From assembly GCA_001772335.1 (NCBI GenBank), contig METM01000024.1, positions 307-64,306 on the forward strand: a stretch of 64,000 nucleotides of DNA. Direction: 5' to 3'. Origin of the DNA: a candidate division WOR-1 bacterium RIFCSPHIGHO2_01_FULL_53_15 (GTDB lineage Bacteria > Margulisbacteria > WOR-1 > O2-12-FULL-45-9 > XYB2-FULL-48-7). The notes below the pieces were generated by a model. It made no database searches and had not been told where the DNA came from. It worked only from the letters and a program-made list of their open reading frames with translations. Shown piece by piece: positions 28,701 through 34,384 of the stretch (its first letter is position 1; each line of letters starts with the position of its first letter). Both the position numbers and the translations under genes were made by a program.

Positions 28701-29177
28701 AGCCAGGAACCAGAAAGCGTTGACGCCCGCGAGCGTCAGGCCGATGGTGACCGCGCCGACAGAGGCGGCCGCCATGAGGAACTTGACCGCCGAATAGTTC
28801 TGGACCGAAGCCGCCAGGTCCGACTGGATGGCACAATGGACGTTTTCCAGCCCGGCGGCGATGTTTGAGAGCGCGGCGTCCGTGCGGTCAAAGAGAGGCG
28901 AAACCTGTTCGGCCTTGATCCGGCCGAGCATGTGGGGCTGGATCTCATTCAGATCGGAAATTGCCGGGCGGAAATTCGATTTTAGGATGCCGCGCTCGGC
29001 CAGCAGGTTGAGGACGTCGTCATGGCCGCCGGCCGCCGGGGTTAATTCGCGCAGGCCGGCGGAAAGACAATCGCGGTTGAGATAACCGGCTTTGCTGTAG
29101 AGCGAAGTCAGGCGCGGAGAAATGGTCTTTCTCGCGAAATCCTGCACTCTTGGCGCTATGAATGATTTAAGACCCAT
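22713..29177 (-). CDS. 2154-aa polytopic membrane protein of unknown function (two TM clusters flanking a ~1300-aa soluble region)
   Basis: Single uninterrupted ORF. Hydrophobic helices lie at aa ~130-320, ~533-573 and ~1890-2080. I see no Walker A, HExxH or GT2 D,D,D,QxxRW motif. Antisense track ORFs in this span are Arg/Gly/Asp-rich shadows. Confidence 0.75.
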   Translation of the reverse strand: MGLKSFIAPRVQDFARKTISPRLTSLYSKAGYLNRDCLSAGLRELTPAAGGHDDVLNLLAERGILKSNFRPAISDLNEIQPHMLGRIKAEQVSPLFDRTDAALSNIAAGLENVHCAIQSDLAASVQNYSAVKFLMAAASVGAVTIGLTLAGVNAFWFLAPGTAGAITCTLFAHEIKDPHSKWGKILKFGTLLTPVFVAANMLYGGVAAHHTPGGWWDDFKDAFSSVYLPFIGGVTALTAGVTYLQIRSAFNSRMATLHLPYSKRQIVTAMSLANAQILLKINYTAWRSLTFTIFGAGALLDHYFSSLPGFAALGVGLVARFNPWLDSHWRERKTEEWSNRLKARVDHLNYREAKLSDGRTVKIQAEKGTDNQIYFELKDGERIRRIEAPSTKDISRDKALKTLNENLIKQIQGEKARLVMEAINDQHPDGEFPRLMEILRGLIKTEALMNETRDIEDLEKLVATVMEKPEDEMILLGNLPVFLKDDAAAALRERLKRCLRAEDDLVNKLRSAFRTANRIRYSTMHQMGVEYVSGLGLKYGGLLALTALGVKDPLACFLDLATAYFGGWTLFADWHSGPAAIGSAINQKRSLFNVQEEPYISDSMRKKMTAFCTRLVAYIKEPERNLSKFVNMLMQEYPFVEVLLCGETPPYGDIKNVKDLRNAGAAQKFICDERDKIYDKFQECYLKLPETGATPEQDKAAAEALIGEFEKLGRLYYDIKAPDAYIPRLRAMIAQGKDPATQTITKDWFDLNGEEPFIRMTYEAIRYRGLFFREQARGLRLKVAHGAISHDELLKLYREVLDIFSVEIIHSVRKFDTGDDNYKTKTANLSTPETRLGDTFYQVLQLKERERSSPEDAGYDLAAHNVPATHVRLRNPNYNHRPGSAPENHKYLWVRREDMLEIFPFSRSMSNELKLVNNTPPEAHEKEFDLTVAGHALSGVRGFYSNEKVLPPQHLIDWHGLKIARDNLTWIAGEKDAPAGFKEVFRDWGRSEYGGKEYDRFAEKGALWFIDKPEVLVLAPAEYYNICDEAYIVINSERELPAELEHTARKDMLLRVVNQDALKADFPNPDPARLIDWVMGWRYQDASVGIRYKTADGQDFNIPYPESRDSFIREDRQEAGFHGKDFWKEAAYGRIKANERGARYLEAYSQEHFYLGRVKTEYPIHLHPKEKIQTFTEAGREYDIRFDVFADRTGAATWLVADYGDNYRDPEDKDADQFYNRHRFAFLDFDREAKQPFNPGFIVRKLTYDDNKRIAFTTLLTNCETLPVEKKFAGVDSAEELEALEINASGKIFYDPAGQTWSPVQDDKHTEELGQGALKMNGLLHIRKADGSEAIVPLRDLPRSLADPAEARKTLEVIRGEDGALTFVKLRRRDSIMDDPYFVYTLPANLYDLPDVKIKGKYQDLSWRLEKDDLTTRLEADGALRLFGEDGKDTGLTLDAADLLDLEGKKFLANPQRHMGRQEDFYQNDANNYEGTREYRPRLIKSQGEIKLILTRVEKVKLDRVPQELAGERPAKMFFSIPTSAARVRVGKTIKWLPLSLTKPISYIPTPDQAAVALTINGKTKYFNAALPALEGLPRLTYFLRYNKSDGKFHAMGFKKPDRTDNGDTKFEADDLGAVSAAIETALRKFLPADLTKAEKIGVEIMYTLRPEFINGEFHSVVHGQRQVGATYEDEAFFPTWQAQFRDEYFYGIGRELFSEASPPGRLFRAWSLQLGKTHDRDANGKYSGKPIENGTQFVTKHSQLFEMVEAAMGLPKGAMLAAAPLLDRVGAYEQAVHKKNFVKLVLYNRNLGWLSGVSEDEQGVLALALALGYKLRYHVKTTAFESHPTTYNQVNNQDNNRYNTALAQARDVLIPYELREIRKFLGGKPIADTWKQKYEHLMFRSWYEYPKAELARQVSPVVSLFSLGKIMPYFYDPYFMASWALDFALGIANYSYTRKMLGRNTEASDHGPLTWSMFIGPAMNQAFMYPALRGIINLFRKGWQYGAFVVTALGKASTVPQENKTFLKYLIGADLLAASYYFYQVVPDGVRYGFNPFDKGSLISLGWAFAAAGWNWGGLWFIKQCETGNSQNKSNEYGPLKFRQKRAAAVKKHNADSNRQGDEYVAALGHAENGENEKAIGLLQKIIASPAKKSSLVWKILAEKLREKLPSKS

Positions 29178-29208
29178 GAGTTTATCGCCTTTTCCTTTCT
29201 TCTATTAG

Positions 29209-29238
29209 TATATCGGCAGATTTTGGTGAAAATTTCAG
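29209..29238 (-). promoter_or_regulatory. ECF-like promoter motif copy P4 (TGAAAT-N16-CGATAT)
   Basis: Minus strand: CTGAAATTTTCACCAAAATCTGCCGATATACTA, ~30 nt upstream of ATG 29177. Confidence 0.45.
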
Positions 29239-29249
29239 GCGAAAATCGG

Positions 29250-29301
29250 GGGATTGGCTGTTTGGCGGAAATCAGTGAGTTTGAATTTAGGTTGGGCCGG
29301 G
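29250..29301. repeat. 52-bp direct repeat, copy 1 (partner at 32035-32086)
   Basis: gggattggctgtttggcggaaatcagtgagtttgaatttaggttgggccggg, 50/52 identical to copy 2. It lies just upstream (-15 to -65 relative to the -35 element) of promoter P4. Confidence 0.85.
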
Positions 29302-29397
29302 ATTTTTACCGTGGTCTCGCTAAATTATGGAACTTTCAATTCCTCTGAATGAGTGAGCGTTTTAAGATCTTAGAAAAAAATAGAAAGCTGGGAGGAA

Positions 29398-29426
29398 AGG
29401 AGGCGGCTTAGGGCAAGCCGCCTCCT
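29398..29426 (-). terminator. Stem-loop terminator candidate after the GH16 operon
   Basis: The stem-loop is ggaggcggctt-aggg-caagccgcctcc, 10 nt beyond the stop at 29436. The minus-strand transcript continues UUUCCUCCC (weak U tract). The plus strand has TTTTGTG, so it may be bidirectional. Confidence 0.5.
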
Positions 29427-29435
29427 TTTGTGACT

Positions 29436-29828
29436 CTAAAAATCGCCGGGGATCGTGACATCAACCTTGAATTCGAGCGTCTGCTTGGTCGTTGGATTGT
29501 TTATCTTGATCGACGCGTATTCCCCATTTTCCTGCTTGACCGAATGATTAAACCAGGCCTTCAGGGTGACCGATTTGGATCCGGGTTTAACATCGATCGC
29601 GGAATCGCCGGGCCAGCAACGATTGGTGCAAACTTCCATTTTTGCCTTGGTGAATCCGGCCGGGATCGGCTGTTTGAAATTTAGCGTCACCGCTAATTTT
29701 GGGCTGCCGTCGCTGCCCGGCTGGTTCAAGTCCTCTACTTTCGGCGTCCCTTCGATCTCGAGTTTGGGGGCCGTTTCGGCCTGCGCCAGAATGATCTGGC
29801 TGACCATGCTAAGAGTATTGATCTGCAT
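29436..29828 (-). CDS. 130-aa protein consisting of one copy of the unknown domain that also forms the GH16 C-terminus
   Basis: GAGGAGGTG SD. aa 30-130 align with GH16 aa ~255-357: GSDGSPKLAVTLNFKQPIPAGFTKAKMEVCTNRCWP...NGEYASIKINNPTTKQTLEFKVDVTIPG versus GSDGSALIRAKINLAKPIPDGFAKAKLQVCTGQCYP...RGEYALLKIHNPTTKQTIEIKFDMPIPG. Confidence 0.7.
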   Translation of the reverse strand: MQINTLSMVSQIILAQAETAPKLEIEGTPKVEDLNQPGSDGSPKLAVTLNFKQPIPAGFTKAKMEVCTNRCWPGDSAIDVKPGSKSVTLKAWFNHSVKQENGEYASIKINNPTTKQTLEFKVDVTIPGDF

Positions 29829-29854
29829 AATATTTCACCTCCTCTTTTTTAAAA

Positions 29855-30928
29855 TTAATAACCAGGGATCGGCATGTCAAACTTGATTTCGATCGTCTGT
29901 TTTGTCGTTGGATTATGGATCTTTAAGAGGGCGTATTCGCCTCTTGACTGGACCAGCGGGTGGTGCAGATAGGCCTCGACCGTCACTGTTTTGTCGCCGG
30001 GTTTGATATCAAAAGGCCCGCCCTGCGGATAGCACTGGCCGGTGCAAACCTGCAGTTTGGCTTTGGCAAATCCATCGGGAATGGGTTTCGCGAGATTAAT
30101 TTTCGCCCTGATGAGCGCGCTGCCGTCAGACCCCTTTTTGCCTGTATCCTGTGATTCAACATTTTGCACCCATTCGTTCATTGGCGCCGGCCGGCTTGTC
30201 GCGGGTGCGGCAGCCGCTTTTTTATCCAGCGGCGAGTAAGCGATAAAATCATATTTGGCCGCGACCGGCGCGCCCGGATATTTGAAGACGCCGGCCCAAT
30301 CGTCCAGGCCGAACGTCGGCCAGAGATTGACAATGATTTTGCCCGGTTGAGAAGGCAGGTCGGCGGGCGAACCGTCAACCGAGCGTTTATCCTTGCCGTC
30401 AACATACCAGACGATCCGGTCCGGCCGCCATTCGATACCGTAGTTGTGCAAGCCGCGGCAGGCGTTAAAGCCGAGATCAATCATTTGTTCATGGCCGCCG
30501 AGCCCCTGATAAATGTAATTTGTCTGCGCCCGGCCGCAGTCCTTGCCTAAAATTTCAAAGGCGATCTCTTCCTGGCCGCCCGAGGTCGTGTGAGATAAGA
30601 AGAATGATGTGACCACCCCGCTGCCTTCCGCGGCCTGCAGGCGGGCCTCAAAAAAGCCGTAAGGAGGCAATTCATTAAGCGAACGATATTCGCCGGCGGC
30701 GAATGGTTTGCCGTCGCAATGTTTGGGACAGCCGGCATCGTCGATCGTCAGCGTCATGGTCCCGTTGCCGAACATTATTTTGTCATACTGCCAGTTGGCG
30801 TTAAAACGAGGATCGTCGTTTGACCAGGCGGCGGTTTCCCAGTTCGCGCGATCATGCCGGTCAAGATCGTTGATCACCGCCGGCTTCCAGGAAATGAGCG
30901 CGCCATTGATCGCCGATGCGGGCGGCAT
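29855..30928 (-). CDS. GH16 beta-1,3-1,4-glucanase (lichenase)-like protein with C-terminal unknown domain
   Basis: VVTSFFLSHTTSGGQEEIAFEILGKDCGRAQTNYIYQGLGGHEQMIDLGFNACRGLHNYGIEWRPDRIVWYVDG...GKIIVNLWP is colinear with Bacillus lichenase GTVSSFF...[30 protein letters not shown]..LGFDA...HTYAFDW.P..I.WYVDG...PGKIMMNLW. The catalytic motif reads E-I-A-F-E (Asp replaced by Ala) at nt 30554-30568. No signal peptide is visible. Confidence 0.85.
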   Translation of the reverse strand: MPPASAINGALISWKPAVINDLDRHDRANWETAAWSNDDPRFNANWQYDKIMFGNGTMTLTIDDAGCPKHCDGKPFAAGEYRSLNELPPYGFFEARLQAAEGSGVVTSFFLSHTTSGGQEEIAFEILGKDCGRAQTNYIYQGLGGHEQMIDLGFNACRGLHNYGIEWRPDRIVWYVDGKDKRSVDGSPADLPSQPGKIIVNLWPTFGLDDWAGVFKYPGAPVAAKYDFIAYSPLDKKAAAAPATSRPAPMNEWVQNVESQDTGKKGSDGSALIRAKINLAKPIPDGFAKAKLQVCTGQCYPQGGPFDIKPGDKTVTVEAYLHHPLVQSRGEYALLKIHNPTTKQTIEIKFDMPIPGY

Positions 30929-30930
30929 GA

Positions 30931-31803
30931 TTACTTCTTCGCCCCGGCTGGTTTTAGGAATTTCACCGTTTGTCCGATGTTCAAGTTGATCGGGCTTTTC
31001 CAGTCGTGCCCGACAAGGGTCAGCTGGAGAGTGACTTCTTCGCCTTTTTCCGGATTGAATAAGCCGTCACCGAGCTTTTCGGTAATGCCGCGGACGGCTT
31101 CCCGGGCGTCGGGATTTTCGGAAAAATCTCTCCGGCGGTTCCAATCGATGAATTTATCCAGGGGGATGACCAGCTTCTGCCATTGGCCGGTCGGGTTGAG
31201 AGGCAGTTTAACGACGAATTCGTCGCCGGTCGTCGGCAGGTAATAATTCTTCGGGTCTTTGCCGAGGCCGCCGGCCAGGCAATCCTTGGGCCCGGGAGGC
31301 GTTGTCGACCAATCGGCGCACTGATTGGCCGGCGTTGGCTTGTCCTGGTCATAGAGTTCTAGGATCAGGGTGCCCGGCGTCTCCGGCAGGATCCAAATTT
31401 CGAGCTGCGTGGCCGGAAGATATCGGCCGTCGTCTTTGAGCGCGATCGCCATGCCGCCGGCAAAAGGATTGGGATCCTTTGGATTGATCGACGGGTGCCC
31501 GCTCTCTAGGGGAAAACTTTTCAAGTTGATTGCTCTCTTCCCTTGGATAAGCACCGGATTGCTGATCAATGTTGTTTCCGTGTCAGGCAGTTTATCGCTA
31601 TTCGTGTCGACTTGTATACCGTAAGACCACCAATCTTTTGACAGGTCGACTTCGGCGACCGTTTGGAATCTTTTGCCGACGCCGCCTTCGAAACACTGAG
31701 TGTCGTAGCGCCCTTCAGCGCTGAGGCGGGAATTGGGGCCGCTGTAGATGTAACCTTGCGGGGACTGGCTGCCGGAACAATTGAGAGCGATTGCAGATGG
31801 CAT
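30931..31803 (-). CDS. 290-aa hypothetical protein, first gene of the GH16 operon
   Basis: GGGAGGAA SD. The stop lies 2 nt before the GH16 ATG. The N-terminus MPSAIALN resembles the GH16 MPPASAIN. I recognise no family and see no signal peptide. Confidence 0.6.
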   Translation of the reverse strand: MPSAIALNCSGSQSPQGYIYSGPNSRLSAEGRYDTQCFEGGVGKRFQTVAEVDLSKDWWSYGIQVDTNSDKLPDTETTLISNPVLIQGKRAINLKSFPLESGHPSINPKDPNPFAGGMAIALKDDGRYLPATQLEIWILPETPGTLILELYDQDKPTPANQCADWSTTPPGPKDCLAGGLGKDPKNYYLPTTGDEFVVKLPLNPTGQWQKLVIPLDKFIDWNRRRDFSENPDAREAVRGITEKLGDGLFNPEKGEEVTLQLTLVGHDWKSPINLNIGQTVKFLKPAGAKK

Positions 31804-31883
31804 AGAAATTCCTCCCGGAAAGCATATTTACGTATCCGTATCGAGACCTCTGATTAATTCGACCTTCTCAGTTGTCCCAGAAC

Positions 31884-31914
31884 ATTATCGACGCCCCCCC
31901 CCCGGAAATTTCAC
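31884..31914 (-). promoter_or_regulatory. ECF-like promoter motif copy P5 with a G10 (plus-strand C10) tract in the spacer (TGAAAT-N17-CGATAA)
   Basis: Minus strand: GTGAAATTTCCGGGGGGGGGGCGTCGATAATGTT. The C10 run (31894-31903) is confirmed by track ORF 31872..32063 (DAPPPE = gac gcc ccc ccc ccg gaa). The spacer is 1 nt longer than in the other six copies. Confidence 0.5.
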
Positions 31915-32034
31915 CCAATTTTGAAAATCGACAAAATGGGGAAGCGGCGGTTTTCATTTTATCGTCGACAAAACGGCTTGATTCCGGCAAAAGCGCGATT
32001 TGCGAATTTTGTGTAATTGTCATTTTGGACGGTT

Positions 32035-32086
32035 GGGATCGGCTGTTTGGCGGAAATCAGTGAGTTTGAATTTAGGCTGGGCCGGG
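32035..32086. repeat. 52-bp direct repeat, copy 2 (partner at 29250-29301)
   Basis: gggatcggctgtttggcggaaatcagtgagtttgaatttaggctgggccggg. It lies ~120 nt upstream of promoter P5 and ~95 nt downstream of the AAA-ATPase stop. Confidence 0.85.
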
Positions 32087-32179
32087 CTTGATGAAAAATG
32101 CCGGCGGCGGCCAGAATAAGCTGATGGGGGCCGGTCCACATTTTGATTTATTGGTAACGGGAGCGGGGCGGGACGAGGG

Positions 32180-33415
32180 TTAGGGCAAAATTGACAAAAA
32201 ACGATCGGCGCCCATGACCCAAAGGCCCTTGCCTTTTTGGACGCAGAATTGTTTTTTATTGATCAGTTGAATGGCCAGGGGGGCGTCTGTTTTTTCTTGG
32301 AGATAAGGGAGGTTGGGGGAGAGGGCTTCCTCTCCGGCTTTAACTTCAATGAGTAAATATACCCTTTGCCGGTCAGCCACGGCAAAATCAACCTCCCGGC
32401 CGTCTTTGGTGCGAACGTAGTAAAGTTTGAAATTGCCTCTGCCCCATTCATTCCAGGCCGCCACGGCGCGTTCCAGCTGGACGGCGATAAAATCCTCAAA
32501 ACAAGCGCCTTTATTGTTCACCAAGCCCCAATCCCAGAAGTAATATTTTTCTTCTTTGCGCACCGCGCGGGACAGCCGGCCGGTCCAGGGGGGCACGGAA
32601 AAAACCAAATACACCTTTTTAAGCGCTTCGAGCCAAAGTGAGATGGAGCCGTGCGCGGATTCTAAGGCTTGTTTTAAAGCATTGAGGCTTAGGGGGCTGC
32701 CGATCTTTTCCGGCAGGAGATAGAGCAGGGTTTCCAGCTTCTTAATATGAGTGATCTTTGTCAGGTCTCTCAAGTCCTCATTAATAATGAGAGAAATGTG
32801 ATTTTCCCGCCAGCGCGTCGTAAAACTGTCCCGGCCAACGGTAAAAGGTTCGGGGAACCCGCCATGTTCCAACAATGCCTGGATGGCTTCCGCGGCGGAA
32901 GGCTCGGCGGACGGGATCATTGGGAGCGCTCGTTCGGGCGACCAGGCGCTCTCAATCGCGAAGCGCCGCCCAAGCGCCTCTTTTATCCCCAGAGGGAGCA
33001 TTTTGAAAAGGAAATAACGGCCAACCAGGCTATCGCCGGTTTTGCGGAAAAAATCAAGCCGAGCGCTGCCGGTGACGACAAATTGGACGCGCTCCTTCCA
33101 TTCGTCGTAGTAGCCTTTTAAAATGTTTTTCCATTTCGGATACTTATGGATTTCATCAAGCGCCACATAGGGGCGCGGGATATCCGGGGGAATATCCTCC
33201 ATGAAAAAGGCCGGATTTTGAGCAAACCTTTTTTTGACGGTTTGCGCGTCCCAATTATAATAGAGCTTCGCCTGATGGCGGGCGGTTAAAAAATCCCTGA
33301 CGGCGGTGGTCTTGCCGACTTGCCGGGGCCCGGCGATAAATGACATTCGGCCGTGCAGGTATTCTTCCGCCAGCGCCCATTCCAGCAACTGTCGTTTAAT
33401 AGCCATTATGGTCAT
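32180..33415 (-). CDS. AAA-family ATPase of the AAA_14/DUF4143 type
   Basis: Walker A GPRQVGKTT and Walker B-like YVALDEIH, with the usual ~400-aa architecture and the C-terminal ...YYVRTKDGREVDFAV... motif typical of DUF4143 ATPases. Confidence 0.8.
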   Translation of the reverse strand: MTIMAIKRQLLEWALAEEYLHGRMSFIAGPRQVGKTTAVRDFLTARHQAKLYYNWDAQTVKKRFAQNPAFFMEDIPPDIPRPYVALDEIHKYPKWKNILKGYYDEWKERVQFVVTGSARLDFFRKTGDSLVGRYFLFKMLPLGIKEALGRRFAIESAWSPERALPMIPSAEPSAAEAIQALLEHGGFPEPFTVGRDSFTTRWRENHISLIINEDLRDLTKITHIKKLETLLYLLPEKIGSPLSLNALKQALESAHGSISLWLEALKKVYLVFSVPPWTGRLSRAVRKEEKYYFWDWGLVNNKGACFEDFIAVQLERAVAAWNEWGRGNFKLYYVRTKDGREVDFAVADRQRVYLLIEVKAGEEALSPNLPYLQEKTDAPLAIQLINKKQFCVQKGKGLWVMGADRFLSILP

Positions 33416-33479
33416 TTTACACCATCATGGAATAAAGTCAAGGCCAATTTACAGTATCATGGAAAACGGCCGGAGGCGC

Positions 33480-33513
33480 TTAAAGACCAGAGCGAGCCCG
33501 GCCGGGAATATTT
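33480..33513. repeat. 34-bp direct repeat L, copy 1 (partner at 35245-35278)
   Basis: ttaaagaccagagcgagcccggccgggaatattt, identical in both copies. Each copy lies upstream of a nucleotidyltransferase cassette. Confidence 0.85.
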
Positions 33514-33586
33514 GCCGGCGCGGAAACCATGAGGGCGGCGCCGAGCTGGAAGGCGGCCTTGAGCGAAGCCAGCCAGAGAAATGCAC

Positions 33587-33642
33587 TTGACATTTCTGTT
33601 CATAGGTTATAAGCTATATCGACTATAGGTTATAAACTATAT
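33587..33642 (+). promoter_or_regulatory. Putative promoter (TTGACA) overlapped by an 18-bp direct repeat x2 (operator-like)
   Basis: TTGACA at ~33587. ataggttataagctatat (33602-33619) and ataggttataaactatat (33625-33642) have a 23-bp period and 17/18 identity, ending 20 nt before ATG 33662. Confidence 0.45.
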
Positions 33643-33661
33643 TTATATAACGGGAGTTATC

Positions 33662-34384
33662 ATGTCGATCAATGAGGCGATCCGCGCCGCACAACTGAAG
33701 CTGCTGGATTCATTGGCCGGAACGGCAAAGACGTTCGCCCTGGCCGGCGGCACGGCGCTGGAGCTCTATTATTTAAAACACAGGTTCTCGCGCGATCTCG
33801 ATCTTTTATCGCCGGAATACGGCGCGGCTGAGATCGAGAATATCATCAAGGCCTTTGAGGGGGCCCTCAGCGCCAGGTTCACTCTTGAGAGCGAATTCAC
33901 GGCGCAGAACAGGGCCAGCGTCAGGTTTTACACCGCTCAGGTCCAGGGGAGCGCCGAGCCGCTGAAGATAGATTTTGTCGAGGATGTGCTTTCCCCAAGG
34001 CCGAAGCTAAGGCATTTCAACGGCGTGCCGGTCTATGACGCGGCGGCCATATATTTTCAAAAGATCGTGACGCTGACGGGCGCGCAATTGAGAACGGATG
34101 AGATCGGACGCGAGAGCCCGGCCGGCCGCAATGAGCCGAGGGATATTTTTGACATTTACTATCTGTCCAAAATGATCAGCCCGCTGCATAAATTCCTCAA
34201 AGGCCTAAGCCGGCAATATCAGAGAGGGATGATTCAGTGGTATCGCGGCTATTCAAGACAGGAAATGAAATTAGGGGTTCTTGATCTTGACATTTATGAT
34301 AAGGATTTTAATGCTGCGGAAATGATCTCGCATATTGTCCGTGAGGTCAAAATTTTTATCTCGGAGACGATTGATGAGCTATAA
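33662..34384 (+). CDS. Nucleotidyltransferase AbiEii/AbiGii (DUF1814) toxin-family protein
   Basis: FALAGGTALELYYLKHRFSRDLDLLSPE is the characteristic GGTAL...R.S.D.D motif. 240 aa. Confidence 0.8.
   Translation: MSINEAIRAAQLKLLDSLAGTAKTFALAGGTALELYYLKHRFSRDLDLLSPEYGAAEIENIIKAFEGALSARFTLESEFTAQNRASVRFYTAQVQGSAEPLKIDFVEDVLSPRPKLRHFNGVPVYDAAAIYFQKIVTLTGAQLRTDEIGRESPAGRNEPRDIFDIYYLSKMISPLHKFLKGLSRQYQRGMIQWYRGYSRQEMKLGVLDLDIYDKDFNAAEMISHIVREVKIFISETIDEL

Noticed and set aside
22713-29177. Calling the 2154-aa protein a glycosyltransferase / polysaccharide synthase
   Set aside because: I could not find D,D,D,QxxRW, DxD-rich GT-A motifs, a PilZ domain or any other catalytic signature by eye. Only the gross TM-soluble-TM layout is suggestive, so it is reported as unknown with a hypothesis.
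29250-29301. 52-bp repeat as a tRNA-derived attachment site or small RNA gene
   Set aside because: No acceptor/T-arm complementarity could be drawn despite a ...CCGCCA stretch on the minus strand. No integrase gene is present. It is kept only as a direct repeat or possible regulatory site.
31950-31995. Possible eighth, degenerate promoter copy (CGGAAT-N16-CGATAA) upstream of P5
   Set aside because: The -35 matches only 4/6 and lacks the conserved TGAAATTT core. The evidence is not strong enough to call.
31872-32141. Small ORFs in the GH16-upstream spacer (31872..32063 plus strand, 31959..32141 minus strand)
   Set aside because: They overlap each other, the promoter motif and the 52-bp repeat. 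They have no SD and low-complexity products, so the region is more plausibly regulatory DNA.
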